From: Fimbriosthenelais zetlandica
Taxonomy: Eukaryota
NCBI GenBank assembly: GCA_977030845.1
Contig: OZ365110.1
Location: forward strand, 27,156,001 to 27,220,000
Length of the DNA: 64,000 nucleotides
Direction of reading: 5' to 3'
Within the stretch, counting starts at the first letter, position 1; each line of letters starts with the position of its first letter. Under the pieces are notes generated by a model. That model searched no databases and was not told the origin of the DNA. It saw nothing but the letters and a program-made list of their open reading frames with translations. Shown here in pieces: positions 24,901 to 39,600 of the stretch. A program made the position numbers and the translations under genes.

Positions 24901-27900
24901 TATAACCACAGACTGCGAGGCACTTCTCCCTTGTGTTCACCGAGCCTTCTAATAATGCAGGCCAGAACATCCTCTAATATTCAGAGAACCGAGAAATATA
25001 ACGAAAGAAAGGCCATAAATTATTTCTAGAATTGTTTCAGATTTGAAATGTGTAGAAAAGAAAAATAATTCAATTTTATATATTATATATTAAGCCAAGT
25101 TATGAGACTCTCTCGATTGGTGGGTTTAATGGTGTCTAAAGCCTGTATTCATGATCTATGATAACTGATCTGATGCTATATGACTTATAATAAGGTACCC
25201 TGATAGACGAGAGCCTGCCTGGTCACACCCACAAGTATGTAATACATCAATGGCTCAGCTCCAGCAGACAAGGCCGAGCAACCAATGCCTGTTGACCCAC
25301 TTCCAAGCAATTTCCATGGAGACCAGTGTCTGTCAATAAGGTAGCATGGAAGGAGCTGCAACAGGAGCCGTCTGGGGAGTGGAGGCTGGCTAGCAGTCTC
25401 AGGAAAAGCAGCCAGTTGTGGTGTGTAAGCAAGCACCACCCTGAAAGCAGTCCAGCTTTGGCCATCTAGCCACCCCTTCATCACAAGAAGCCCCTTGATT
25501 ACAAACACGCTTGGTCAATGCCCTGGTTGTCAGCGCCGCTGATAAGTCTCAGATGATCCCTCCATTCACAAACTGCATTATTGAACCTCGCCTTAATCGG
25601 AGTATACTCGGGGTCAGATTAGCATGTCTAAAGCCAGGATTATCCTCCCAGTTTGATACCAAGCTAGATTACAGTGAACGGTGGGCAAGCGGGCCACTGA
25701 GTACTGGTATACAGAGCTAGAGACTGTTCAATATGTGAAGTAGGAAGAAGTGTTCTAAGCAGGAGACGCTGAGAAGATTCTGATCAGGATCCAAGTTAAC
25801 CTCCAGCCCACGACTGCAATTCTCTGTGAAAATGAAACAAGCTCAAAGAGCGTTGCCAAGGCGACCATGCGTTATTTACTTGAAGCCAATTTAGATAGAA
25901 CTTTCATAAGGGCTGGCGGTGAGAAAGGCGGCTGGGGCTCCCAACTCATCCCTGGCCCCAAGAGAGGGGCTCAGCTACTCTTAGCACGTGATCCCAGCGT
26001 GAAATATTGACACTTGAAGCACATTTAGACCAGATCCTCGCCCTAATTTGACTCGGCATTGTAATGAAGACAGACGAGGTACCCATGCTGTGTCCATGCA
26101 CACCAGGGTTTAAATAGGCTAACAATCCAACTACTTTTAACTTCTCCTCGTCCGGGTCCTGCCCCAGACCTTATCCTCATCACATCTGCATGGGACTGCG
26201 ACATAGCCTTTCTCTGAATGCTGATGCTTGCAAGGGGATGGAGCTGGAACGAGTTGCTTTCTCCTAAAAGAGGCATTTTCATGCCATGTCCCTATGGCCC
26301 CTACACAGTTCCATCTGAAAGTATAAAATCTTAATGTGCCGGATCCATGGTAAATTCATACCGTGCTAATGGCCCCTCTCCTCCTTAGAGCTGCTCCATG
26401 CCTTTAACTATATCCACGAGCTACTCCTCCTTCTCTTCCTTCTGCTCCTCAGACCGGGGCCAATGTAACCTCACACTGCCCTATCAGACCCACCCCATTA
26501 ACCATTTTACCACCACCTTTTTATGATTTATTCTAAATCTGATTCGCCGGACCGTCCATTTTATCCTTCAGGCATACAGTGCATATCCACGGCTGGACAG
26601 GTCATTGGGGCAGTGACCATCCAATATATAACCCAGTCCTGTTGATCTGATACATGCAGAAACAGCCAGTGGTAGTGTTTTTATGGCAGCCATTGGGACT
26701 GTATAAATGAGGTATAAATATGGTAAAGATGTTGCTATGGTCATCATTCAAGGCTAGCAGGCCTGAGGCGTTCCACGGCTTGGGAGGCTAATCGCAGAGC
26801 GTACACCCGACCGTGCTGTAAACATCAAGATGGCTAGGGGAGGAAAATTCATCCAAATACAAATCGGAAATTTGGACGCATTATGGTGGAAATAGAGGAG
26901 GACTGATGAGATAGAATGATGGAGTTAGATGTCTTGGCATAAGTAGGCCTGGGCTTATTGGGCCAGCTGCTCCTGCATCATGATGGAGAGAGGGTGGCGT
27001 TTGTTAGTGCTACATATGCATTGTTCAATTAGAGAGATTGGCCCAGTGATGGGAGGAGGCCCCTCTAGCTTGGTGTACAATGGGCCCAGGCCTGTGCCTG
27101 ATCTGAATGTACAAACAGGAAGCTCGGGGACTCACACATGCTCAGTCATTGACCGTCACTTGGCTGGGACAAGCTTCTTCTGATGAAGGGAGACAAAGCA
27201 TCGCCCACTCCCCACCTCGAGGAACACCCCATAAAGGGGCCAACTGCAAGACCTGATTGACTGGTAATTGATGGAAGTCGCTCGCTCAAGATGCAACATC
27301 AGTGTAGGGCTGTTATTTAAAATGTCCTTCAAACTTACCCGAAGTATAATCAAGCCTGAAATGGGGAATACAGGAGGCTTTGATTAGATGCTCCATCTGG
27401 CGTGAAGGTTCATAAAAGCCTGCTCTACACTGTGAAAGGAAAGTGTTTTTTGCCTTTCGCTGCCACCGTAAATTGGTGCAAAGAACGGCAACGCTGTTCA
27501 GCAGCGAATGCTTTCGAAAACGTGTTCACTCCTAGGATTTACTTTTGTTTTTAAGGGATGTCCAACGGAGGCACATATTAACGGAAGAACCATTAGATAA
27601 AAGCAATTGGATCAGATTCCGTCATCCATTAATTTCAATTAGCTTAAATGGTGTGGCTGTCTCTCTGTATATCTAATGTTTATTCCCAGCTTGGTTATAT
27701 TCCTCGCATATTCCTCCCCTTCTTCATTATTAATAGCACAGCTATATAGATGATTCCTTTATTCACTTTATTACGGCTGCAGCTGTTGCATTTCAGATGG
27801 CACAAAAATGGCCGCCTACATCAGAAGGTGGTTTTTGTATGGAAAAGGAAGAGCTGCCGAAGCATCTCCATTATGGAGAGTCCCCCGATCCACCATAAAC

Positions 27901-30599
27901 ACCCTACGTTTAATGTGGCCTTATCATTTATTTGTCCCTGAATGAAATATCTCCAGAAGGGCCTTTAAAATTACAAAATAAACATGACTAGGGAATAATT
28001 GCCCAAATGTCATGCCAGGGTTGCATGCCTGCTCTTAAAGCGGGACCGCCATTGCATTAGATTTGGATTTTATGGAAGCGGGCGTTGCCTAGAGCATAGG
28101 ATAAAATTACATTAAAATTACAGGCCTCGTAAGAATGATGGTAATGCATTTGGATTCTTCTTACAAAAAGCCACCAGTCCAAAGGGTCCATTGCCTTAAT
28201 AAGGCAATGCTGACTTGTGACCTGCTATATAAAACTTAGATCAGAAGGCTTTGCTTTCGGGGGTCCATTTTCATGCTTGCTCTTGCTTTTAACTAGGCAA
28301 GCTGGGGTTAGACCTGGGGCAAGAAGGGTCGGTAACATATGGGTCTTTCATTTGTCCCACAGGATCGTAATTCCCACCTGACATTGACCCCGCTTGGCCT
28401 TGAAGTCTGCGGGGTTGGGGCGCAGGCCTGGCTTCCCAGCCAGGCGGTAAATTGTGGACATGATAGCGGCTGGGCAGGCTGGCCTCCAGGGCAGTGGTGT
28501 CCCTCTCCTTTATGCTCTAAGTCATCCGTCAGGGGCGGGCATTGACAGGCGTGGAACAGAAAGTGGGGCCCTGAGCGTGTTGGGGACGGGATTGATTAGA
28601 ATACAACGTGTCTTCTTGTTATAATGCGTTCTGTCACCCTCTTCATCACTTGGATCCCACTGGGGGCGGCTAAGACGGAGGTGGTCTGAGGAAACTCTAT
28701 GTTTTCGGGAGAGGTGGAGGAGAAAAGGAAGGAGAAGGAAAACATGAACTGCGCTTATGAATAGAAATGAATGAAAATGAAAGCAATATTAAAAACAGTC
28801 TGCAATATCAGATATTACAGATTAGAGAAGGCCTCCAGAATATTGAGTTGGTTCATTCAGGAAGGTTTGATGTATAGGCGCAACCACTATAACTTGATAT
28901 AAATCATTGTCTTTGTTCAAATGGACAGTTGGAATAAAAATTACCATTGTAATGCATACAATGATTTAAAGGCTATGAATCTTAACAATATGGTCACATA
29001 TTAGGTCTATCTGCGCAGTGGGAAATAAGCATAACATTATTTTCCATGCAGCAGTTTGTACAAGTCATTGAGGTCAACAGCCCCAGGAGTTTATAAAGCT
29101 TTTTGTTCTGAAATCCAACAACAGTGACATCAATATTGCGTAGGTGTCTTTGTTGCATACCATTTCAAAGCTAATGCAGTTTCTAGCATTAACCCAGGCT
29201 TTATGGTAGTATTTTGATAATGGATTGCAATCTAAAGCGGAACTAAAATGCGAGGCCCAATCCCATTCAAATGGCACAGACTTCTGGGAGTATGTGAGCG
29301 ACTGTTACTTACCCATGATTCATACTACATCACCCTCAACAGACAGCAGCATTTCCGTTAGAGTCAGATTCATGAAGTATCCTCGTGATTAGTTTTCTAA
29401 TTTCACTGCAGATGTCGCTGATCTATCAGTGACGGAGAACGAGACGAAAGCTCATGGCTCTTCAGTAATGGATGTTGAAGGTTTTAAAGATTATGTGGGA
29501 GTGAATAAGGTGTATCCTCACTGGGCAGCTTATGCTATACTGATAGTAGGTCGGGAGGAATGTAACCGAACTGTCATTTTCTCGGAGATTTTGCACATAT
29601 GGCAACTCTGTGACCATGATAATGGGGATTCAAACCTCTATGATACAGTAATGATTTGATGGCGTCAGGCACAACGTAAATGACATACTTCCGGTTGCAA
29701 TCTCGCGACGTTTCCCTCCTCTAAATTGAAGAACTCCAAAAGTATCGCGCATGGCAGTTTGCTCCATGCTTCGCGGAGATTTATGACCGCGATATTCAAA
29801 CGAGAAGCTTAACTTGAAGGTTCTCGGCGATCAGCTAAGACGAGACTGGAATATATTACAGAGCCGCCAATGCCTCGCTAATTGCGGACGGTATATTCCA
29901 CATTTGTGGAGGTGGCAATAGTCAATAGTTAATGGTTAATGCTGCCTTTATATTCTGCTGTCCTTTGACGTTTCTTGCCAGCCAATTTTTTTTATGACAA
30001 AATGTGTTTGTGAGAGGGACATAAACACAAGCCATTAGTAGATACTCCCTACACCTGGTCTGTCTTGTTTTGGCCCATTAATTTAATGCCATCTGAAGAA
30101 AAAAGTCTTTCTTGTCATAAATAAAGACGGAAAAGACCGACTTTTATTCAATTCACATATTCTTTCTGCAATCAAAGCAGCAAATGTGGCGCTCTTTTTT
30201 GCGGGTGTTATGGAACAAGTCCGATGTTTCCTTTCTGTTAAAGACACTTAAACACTTCATAAATTGAATAGGTTTTGCTGAGATGTTCACCGAGATTCAA
30301 GCCTCATATGAGAATATGAGGCTCCCATACACATCCTTTTTTTAGTTTGATTCTGTTCTGGGGCTATAGTACATAGTAGGTATACAGGGCAACAACCCAT
30401 ATCAAGATAATCAATTATTATAATTCTCATGTTAACTTCTGAATACAAGTAAAGTTTTGATTCTCTATCTCCAGAATATAGGCCTACCTCGTTCTATTTG
30501 AACTGATTTCTTATAAATACATATCTGTTATAATATATTGAAAAAATACTGCTCTATGTGAATTGCTTGCTTATGAGATTTCTCTTTTATATTTTTCAG

Positions 30600-30679
30600 G
30601 GTGTGCATTTGTTAAATTCAGCTCACATGCCGAGGCCCAGGCCGCCATCAACGCCCTGCACGGAAGCCAGACGATGCCG
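30600..30679 (+). CDS. CELF4-like: CELF3-6 coding exon: RRM2 RNP1 and helix 2
   Basis: Acceptor atttttcag (AG 30598-30599) and donor gtacgt (30680); 80 nt, phase 1 to 0. Translation (G)[26 protein letters not shown] completes RNP1 (KGCAFVKF) across the junction with the previous exon. Confidence 0.97.
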
Positions 30680-33600
30680 GTACGTCTTACCTCCTCCCTT
30701 CCTTCCTCCTCACCATCTTACGCTCTAAGTGTAAGTGTGTCCTCCTTTCTCAATTGTATAGCCTCGGCACTCAAATGACCCTTTTACCATGCATCATCAC
30801 CTTAAACTAAATCCCCTTTCAATCTCGCCGCACACATTTTTTCATTCCACCATCAAGTAATTTTAAAGACATTTTCCACTGTGTGAATCACGAGTCGCGG
30901 CCTGATTGGTGTTAAAAATAAGCTTAACCATGCCAGGCCATTGGGCCATTACTTTAAATGAAAAATATATCGACCTATTCAGTAGTTTTTAAGAGCTAGA
31001 TCTTACATACTGTTATCTATTATGTTTCAGTATACATTGTACATATATGCAAACGCACATTTTATTTTTATGATGATGACATTTTGCCATGTTTGGAATA
31101 TCTGCTCCGTACATGGGTCTGGTAGCTTCCAGATTCTACTGATCAATTTACCCAAATGTTCATCTATGACAGCTGCTTATAGCCGGAGAGATTATGACCA
31201 GTGGATTTGGACCCTTAACTCTGATTCTTTTACATGTACAGCTCTCAAGCCAGACACTAGCTATAGGCCCTAGCCAAGGATGCAGCTATAGATGGGGTTC
31301 CTGCAGTCTGGCCCGGGAGGCAGATTTTTCTACTTTTCCCTTCCAGTCGTTCTGAGGCATGTATGGGATTAGAAAATGACCCAAAATGAATGACGTGGAG
31401 AGTAGAACTATCTTGATGGATGTGGCTATGCCTGGTAACCCTTCAATAAGACACATAACTCCAGTCTTATTGATTATTTTCTGGGGACGGGCGACCCTGG
31501 CCCCATTCCCCAGCTATATAGGGGGCAGTCCCCCGACAATATCATGAGAACAGCTTCTCTACCTCTCTCTGTATATCCCTGGCTTTATCAAGGACCCATG
31601 GCAGAATACTCATACCCCTATACTACTCGCATCCTTTGCTACTGACAAGCTATTTTGTAGCCCAAGGCTTGGTCTATGATAAAGTCTATATATACTACAG
31701 CCTCTAGTCTGCCTCTATCTATCCCGCCTATACGGTCATCAGGGTTTATGTGCCTGTCCTTTCAGACACCCTTAGCGACACGATTATCGGTCTACCTCAG
31801 GGACTGGTTGCAATATTGAAGTGTCAAGCTGGCGGATAAATTGCCGCCCACCAAATGGACTGTTTGCCGAATTTGATGAATGTATGTCTAAGTCGTCCTC
31901 GGGGACATTTTCGTGAATCCTTTCTTTTGTCTCCAGCGCATGGGGACAACTCAAGGGATTCCCTAGTATTAACCGAGGGTCGGCTGTCCGGACTGAAACC
32001 ATGATTAATTCAAACATGCCACCGGTATGACATATGGTATTCATTGGAAAATAAAGAAAATCCAATTATTGATCCGGAAAATGAAATCCATGAAAGTGAG
32101 CTGGAGAAAAAGTGGAAACCTTGCTGGGTGGAACATTGGAAATTTGCCCGAGCCAGAGTTTATGGCTATTTGCTTGTATTGGAGAATATTCATGGGGAAT
32201 GGAATAAATCAGAATGAAGGTTGGGCTTTATCGTGATAAGTGAGTATGTCTGGACAAAGTTCAGCCTCCAGTCTTGAGCCCTTGCACCATCTATAGTTCC
32301 TGATATAAAACACCAATAACATATATATTCTTATATAGAAAGGACTCAATATAGACAGGGCTCTCCCAATCAGAGTGTGGTATTCAACCCACTAAGCTTA
32401 CACACTCCTCTACCACTTTAACACTATCCAGTTTTCCATCCATAACCCAGATTTGTCATTAATGTATGAGCAGCTCAACCTTCTACTGTTAGGCTTTTCT
32501 TTGTGTTTGAGTTGCTTCGGCTGTCCTTATCATGATTATTTATTCATAATACCCAAAAATGTCATGAAATGCCCTTATCTTATTGATGCTTATCCACCAG
32601 CTTTATTGGTTGGCTAGTGGAAAGAGGCCGCCTGTCAAATCAGGCAATAAATCACCAGCATGTATTTGGTTTTATTGATGTGAGGATAGATATTCAGTAT
32701 TATGAACAAATGTAGTGGGTAGGACGGCTGAAAGTATTGCTACCCGCTATTGGTTGTTTGTTTGGTTATGGGTGGGGGTGCAGGGCCAGGCCCAAAACCC
32801 ACCTTCACCTCCACCCGTTGTAGCCCACTGACACGCAATGTAAAGATCTTCAGCTGAGTGAAGTTGATGGGCAAGACAGTATGCACGAGCCAGCGAGGAC
32901 CACTCGTGATTTGTGCTGCTACATGTAAGTAGCCGACCCGGCCAAGTGCCAGCCATGTTCACATGTCGGCTGCTATAAAAGCCTACAGAAAGTCCAGCGA
33001 GGCGGCAAGGCACTGGCCCCTATCCATCAATCCACCCCTCACCCACCCCTCCCCCAACTCCATGCCACTCCTCCAGCCTCATACTCGCCAGTGCAAATAA
33101 TGACCTAATTTATCAGCAGAGCGCCGATAGGAGGCCGATAGCGCCAACCAAGCTGCTCGCCCAAAATGAGGGGCCAGGGTAAGAGCAAATGAGGAGTTAC
33201 TCCCCTCAATGATTCTCTAATGTTTCATCTTGGTCGCCAATTGAAGGCCTGGGTTTTTAAGGAGGAACCAACAGTTTTAGCACCAATGGTTAGGCAGTGC
33301 CGGCAATCTGTGGTCTTAAATAAGCCCAGTCCCTCATCCCCAGCTAAAACCTCAAGTCAAATAAAGGCTGCTAAACTGGCAACATCCAATCTTCACAGGT
33401 TCCTTTGACTTGACTTCATAACCATAAGAAATCACACAATATCCCGGAGGCAAAATGCAAGAAGAGCTTTAATATAAAATGATTCTACTGGCTGATTAAA
33501 CATCACAGCACTTTTCTGTCCTTCCTGTATCCAGGAACCCTATTGAATTATGTTTATTCCTGACTGAAATGTTTTATACCTTGGCTGCAGGAAAATCATT

Positions 33601-36600
33601 TGACACGGCAATATGATCAAAAGATCGAACATAAATAAAGGCAATAGGGGTATATTATTCTTCGTCTTTATGCTAAACAATAAATGCGCCCATTTTCACA
33701 AGTTTTTCCTTCCGTGGCAGTTGCTCATAATCAGGAAGACGCACACTACTTATCTTCGCTGTCTTTGCACGTCTTTCGTGTGTTTACCAAATATCAGAGG
33801 CGACATCAGAGCTTAATAAGATCCCCGAGGCTGTGTGATACGGGCAAGCTAAGCTGATTTACACAGCACAGATGTCCTTCTTCCTTGCCCACCTAGCACT
33901 GCCTTTGCCCGCGAGAAACAGGCCCATAGCTGTGAACGCTAGGATTGGCACTTGTCAACGACAAATCTGTCGCTGCGCAAAAGGCACAGCGAAGAGAGAG
34001 CACAAAAGGGGGAAATATTCCCAAGCTTAATCAACCATCCATCCTTTATTTACCTGCATTGGGCGGTCAGATTGAGGGTTTGTTAAATAGTGTTTTTGCT
34101 CTGTAGATAATAATGCGCATCCACAGCACCAATGTATTACAATTTATCATGCATGGCCTTTTTTGGTAGGGAAGGACACTGTCACTCCACTTCTATCCTC
34201 GTGTGAGATCTACAGTATTCCATTTCATATGATTGTTATATATTCCGCCAAAATGATATGACTGCTCACCGAGATAGGAGCACTTTAAACTCCCGAGTAG
34301 CAGCAGGGACGATCCCCGAACTGCGAAAATGCAATCTAGCCGCTGTGATATATGTTGGTATCATCTGATCCGATCATTTCGATCGGCCAAGTGAGGATCA
34401 AACGAAGGCAAATCACGCCAGCCCCTAGCGCTCTATCGATTCTGCCTACGACCATCTGTTTCCCCCATCCACACAGACCCTCCCCTGCCCCCCAACCCCT
34501 CCCCACTCCCTCCACCCTGCAATAAACCCCCCTCACACCCCCAACCTCCCCCAATTTGTAATCTGGTGTAATATGTGCAGGGGGTGGCTGACACCCACTT
34601 TCCTGTGGGCATTACTAGCACCATGCACCACCCACCAGCCAACCACTACCCAGTCAAGCAACCAACACCCATTGTGTTCTGATCGTGATACAGAAGGAGA
34701 GCAAAAATTATTGGATCAAAAACATGCATCTCCACTCATGAAACCTAGGCTGACAAAGGGTAAATAACCATGCTTTGTACAGCTTGTAGACGTGCAGAAA
34801 GCAAACGAAGGCATAAATCTGTGCATGTGGAACCTACAAAACACATTTCGTAAAAGGCATGTTTAAGGGTCTCATTCAGATCAATAATTTGTTCCCTAAT
34901 TCTTCTTTCTTGTTTAGTCCATTTTTCTCCCCGAGTAGCAATCGATCATCTAGAATATATTCTCTTCTCTCCAATTCCCAAATGCACAAGCATTCTTAAA
35001 CATTTGATCACTTGCTGCTCTTGCATGACTTAAAAGAAGTCTGCACGATAAGGCGAAGAGAATATCATGTAAATTTGATAGGTCTGCGTGTCACTGACCA
35101 AACCGCAGCAGTGCCAGCCAAGGCTTGTTGGTGCTATCAAAATATATTTACATCACGAACAAATACACTTGACTGCCATTTTATAACCCTGCTCACATTT
35201 CTTCCACGATTTCTTTGCATGCACATTCGAGTGATTTGCAAGTGTGAAAATAAACTTGTACGCCTCTAAAGACCCAGAGGAACCAGTTGCGAGGGTATCA
35301 ATCATCGGAGAGCACTTAACGCACTTGGTGTATTTCATATCCATCAGGGATGTGTATTACACACGGGAACAATTCAATACTCAAGCAACACTGCACATTC
35401 CTTGTCTTCAGTGACTCTGTACTGTTGAAGCCACATTAAATAACACCTCTGTATTGGATTCTACTGGGACACCCCCGATATGTATTTAATGGCAACCGAT
35501 TGTTCTCGCCGTTCCTATTTCATTTAGAAGCTTACACAATGTAATTAATTTAAAGTCCTGATATGAGATGTAGCATGCTATATATGCGTGCTGGAAATCA
35601 AGCGCTATTCCATGTCAAGGCAAGCCAATTTGGAAGGCTCTACTGAAGTTCTGCTTCTTCCAGAGTCTAAAGTGTTTAGGAGGAGGCAATGCTTTGTCGA
35701 ACAATACAAAAATCAGATTTTCCAGGGGAGTGGCAGGCTTTGCTCCTGGCTAAGCAGCATTGACAGCCTATGGCGCAGCATGGATCAAGTTTTAGCCCTG
35801 ACTCTGTTTTTTTGCTGCGTAAGAAAATCGTTTCAGTGTTCCTGTGTTGAACATTTCACTCGAGGAAGGATAATGAGATCTGCATCTGCTTGTGGGGAGT
35901 GCCTGAAATATTCTGAGGCACTATAGAAACAGCATTATGGAAGGGCGTTGGTGGCCCTGTGAAGGTCGCTGAACATTCCTAACTAGATTATAGTTTAACG
36001 GTGCGTGTATATGTGGCCCAAAACCTGCTCTTAAAAGAACAGGCTAATGTATTGTACTGACGTAAGCCCATTATTAATTACCTGGCACCGCTCTTGACGC
36101 CCCTTAACACTGTTGAAACTAAATAAAATACTATCAATTTTAAGATTAGATGCTCTTCAAATGAATAGGGGCATTAAATCTATGTGTTGGCATGGGTCAT
36201 GAATACATTGACTGTGATAGACCTACTTCCTCTATATATATACACCATAGTGTACGAACCAATATGTACAGCACTGATTCACCTGCTGACTCTAACATTC
36301 TTGGCTCCAACAGTACCTACATTTAGATCTCGGATGAACTGATAGGTGCTTAGAGTATGACATGAGAGCACTGTATGTGAATGGAAAAAAGATGCCCCTG
36401 TTTAGCTGATATAGTCATACTTCGGATTGGATTTTCCGCTGCTCTACCTGTTGAAGGTAATTCAACAATTTTCACGGACCTTTGCTGAAAAAAATATGTT
36501 CAACAGAAGCGGCATAGAGTTGAGGGGATGGTAATAGCAAGTTGTCTGCTAGGGCGAGCGTGTTATATTGGAATCCCCTGGGCAGTATCTGGTAAGTCTA

Positions 36601-39600
36601 CTATGAGCAACATAACACAGTCTGTCAGGGGGACAGGGCTACTGATTTGGCTGCAATAGTGGTGGCTCATGCTTCCCTCTCTCTCTCCCGTTCGAGTTGC
36701 CTGAGGCATGAGGATGGGGGAGAGAGGGAGAGAGAGTGACTGAGTGAGATTGGTGGGTAGTGTGCAAGGTGTATTGGCCTCGGACCAGTTCCAGACTGAT
36801 GCACTGAACTGAAGGTTGCAGCTAATATGGCAGTGTTCATCCCTGGTGGCTTAGCTCTTGCTGTGTCTGTCTGCCCATAGACCTACAGACAGCTTCCTCC
36901 TCCAGCTTTGCCTGGTGCGTTGTTCCATCTGCCGCGCAGCTGGTGCAGTTACTGCCCAAAGCAGCTCGGAGCAGCAGCAGAAGCTGTAGGTGCATCTGCT
37001 CCACTTTTCCAGAGTGAAAGCCTGGAAAGCCACAGCTTCTGCTTCAATTGCTCATCATGCCAGCCTAGACTGGCACTTTGACTACTACTGCCAGTCTCGA
37101 GCACGTGGCCAAGAACGAGATTTGGAGTGAGACTAGTGGAGGGATTCTCTGCCCAAGTCAAATAGAACCCACCACTTCATGCTGTCAGACTGAACAGAGA
37201 AGAGACTGCAGGGATATAACTCCAACCATGGAAAAGGTCTGTATTTGTGGTTATGAAGGGACTAGCATATAAACCATCATTTCTAATGTCATTCCCACAT
37301 TGCTTTAACATAGGATTGTGAATGGCTGGGTGAATCATCAATAGTATGGGGTCAGGCCCATAGGGATTCCCCACGTCAGTCTCCACGCTGGGCATATTTC
37401 AATTAGTATTGAGCGAGTAATTTGGCTCATGAGAGAAAAAGGAACAAATCCAACCAATGCACATACAGGAGTCAATAATGGCCAGATGCCTGGAATAGCC
37501 ACTGGAGGACTATGCCTGCCACCAATCGAGAGGACTGGCCATCTCTGACTAATGATATGATTGAGGACAATGGGGGGACTGTGAAATGCCATGGTTAGCA
37601 TAACCCTCGCTTCTATGTCCAGTCACGATTTCCATCAGTGCATTTTTGGGGGACAGCCTCCATTGGGATAGCTTCATTATACTGACCATTAACATGAGCG
37701 ATGACATCTACATGCACCCCATAATCTATCAGCATGGATATTGCACTGCCGCATCTGGGCCCGCCATCACCAGTCCAATTTATGTCACATGTCTGGGGAA
37801 GCCCTCTGCTTCTGGGACCAGCAAGTGCTTCTTCTTGCTTCTAATGGCCCTGCAGTTGTCCTGCCTGTTCACAGGGCCTAGGACTCGACCTCTGGGGGTC
37901 ATCGAGCAGGAATCAGGCACTCCATTAGCGTAACCAGAGAGCACTTAATGTCATAACGCCTGTTACGTTACCAGAGCAGGTGAATGCTATGACGAATGGG
38001 TTCCGTTTTGCAGATGCTCCGTGGTCAAAGAGCTTCACATGGGCAGTTGCGACTATAGATGATAGATTTGGGGGAGGGTGTTAAGCGGACTGGATCGGTG
38101 GAGGGAGAAGAAGCCGAGGCAGCAACCAGACCTGCATATAACCTTAGACGTTGTCTCGGAGACAAAAACATGCCTCGTCAATTATGGAGGCAGAGGCCAG
38201 GGCTCCTTCCTTGATTATACGAGACAGCTTGGTTGATTCAAGGTCATTAGTTTACCCATTAGAATGGAAATACAAGTGTGGACCGAAACACTATCATTTT
38301 CACCAGCCTCTGTGTGTGTGCCACAAACATCAAACAAACCCATGCTGTACACTCATCTCATCTCCCTCACATTCAATTCATCTCCAACCCACTCACACCT
38401 CAACCGGGCAGGGAGGGCCTTAGACGGCCTCCAGTACTGACACAGCTCATACAAAAAAGTCCACCATCACACTCTCTGGTGTTCCACAGGCAGGAGAGAA
38501 GTGCCACACACACTCTGCATCCTTCGATCAGTCTCCTTTGTGTTTTTAATTAGCACGCTTCAGTTCATTTGCCCTGGGGAATGATTCAGATGAAAGAGGG
38601 GTGGTATGCGATACGCGAGCTCTCGCTCTATTATCAGTCGTCTCAACGAAGCCTTCAAGTCAGTGGTTTCCTTATTTTAATGTACCTTTGTAGACACAGC
38701 AAGCCTGGAATCGATATGTGCTGCATCGTCCACCCTCCATTTCTACGTGATTTGTTAAATCAGTAAACATTGATCTGGGTTACATGCCTTGCCGTTTGCC
38801 CATTAATATTGTTGTCAGTACCATCACTGTCAGGAACATTGACTTTTCTTTTACTTTTCCATTTTCACTGGTACTCGATTGTTGCATCCCTGAAAATATT
38901 CATTTATGATGAAGGAAGGGGGTCCCTCGCTACAGACAAGCCTCTTCCCATACATAGTGGCTGGCTGAAAGTTCATCCGCTTTGCGGTATGGATGTTTGA
39001 TTGGCTTGACTCGTAACAATTTCGTCAATAAGCATATTTGTTGTTGGTCTGTCGGAATCGGACCAGTATTGAAGTCCGATACTGGCATGGATACAAAGAG
39101 GTTAGAGCTTACAACACATGGTCACCGCAGGCTTGCCAGCAATCCTGGTGGAGGTGGGAATTCTGATGATTCCAAAAATAGTCGCTTCTTCTGTCCTTTG
39201 TGCGTTCCTTCCTTCTTCTTATCTTCGGAATCCGCGGTATATTCCTTTTACCTTCTTCTCTTTTTTCTTCCTTTGCAGTTATTATATTATTTTAAATGCA
39301 TTCTTCTGCAAGAAGAATGATTCTCTTCACCCTACATGCGCTAAATGCCTTCACATTCTGTTTTTCATTTTCTCTTCTGTTCCTATGCCCTTCTGCAACA
39401 TATTCATCTTCTTCTGCTCCTGCAGATTCTTCTCTTTCTTCTGTATTTGCACCCTTTTCTCCTTGTCTACCTCATCTTCCCATGTATATTGCCCAAGCAA
39501 TATACCCCATCAAGGAACAATCCTGCAGAAAACTAATATGGACATTGGGGCTGGGTGCTGGCAGACCTTGCGTGGTAGACAAATCAAAGAAAATCCTCTT

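Noticed and set aside
30563-30778. ORF-track entry treated as an independent gene
   Set aside because: It is the 30600-30679 exon read through its flanking introns; the same applies to 54396-54599.
32000-32215. Protein-looking reading (…SLENKENPIIDPENEIHESELEKKWKPCW…)
   Set aside because: Short, no start codon or convincing splice sites, and no family I recognise; only a tblastx/HMM search could rescue it.
33166-33184. ATG AGG GGC CAG G|gtaaga as an alternative first exon
   Set aside because: A phase-1 donor upstream of a phase-0 acceptor (40983), so out of frame.
36586-36597. 6-nt microexon TATCTG followed by gtaagt
   Set aside because: The upstream acceptor has no usable polypyrimidine tract.
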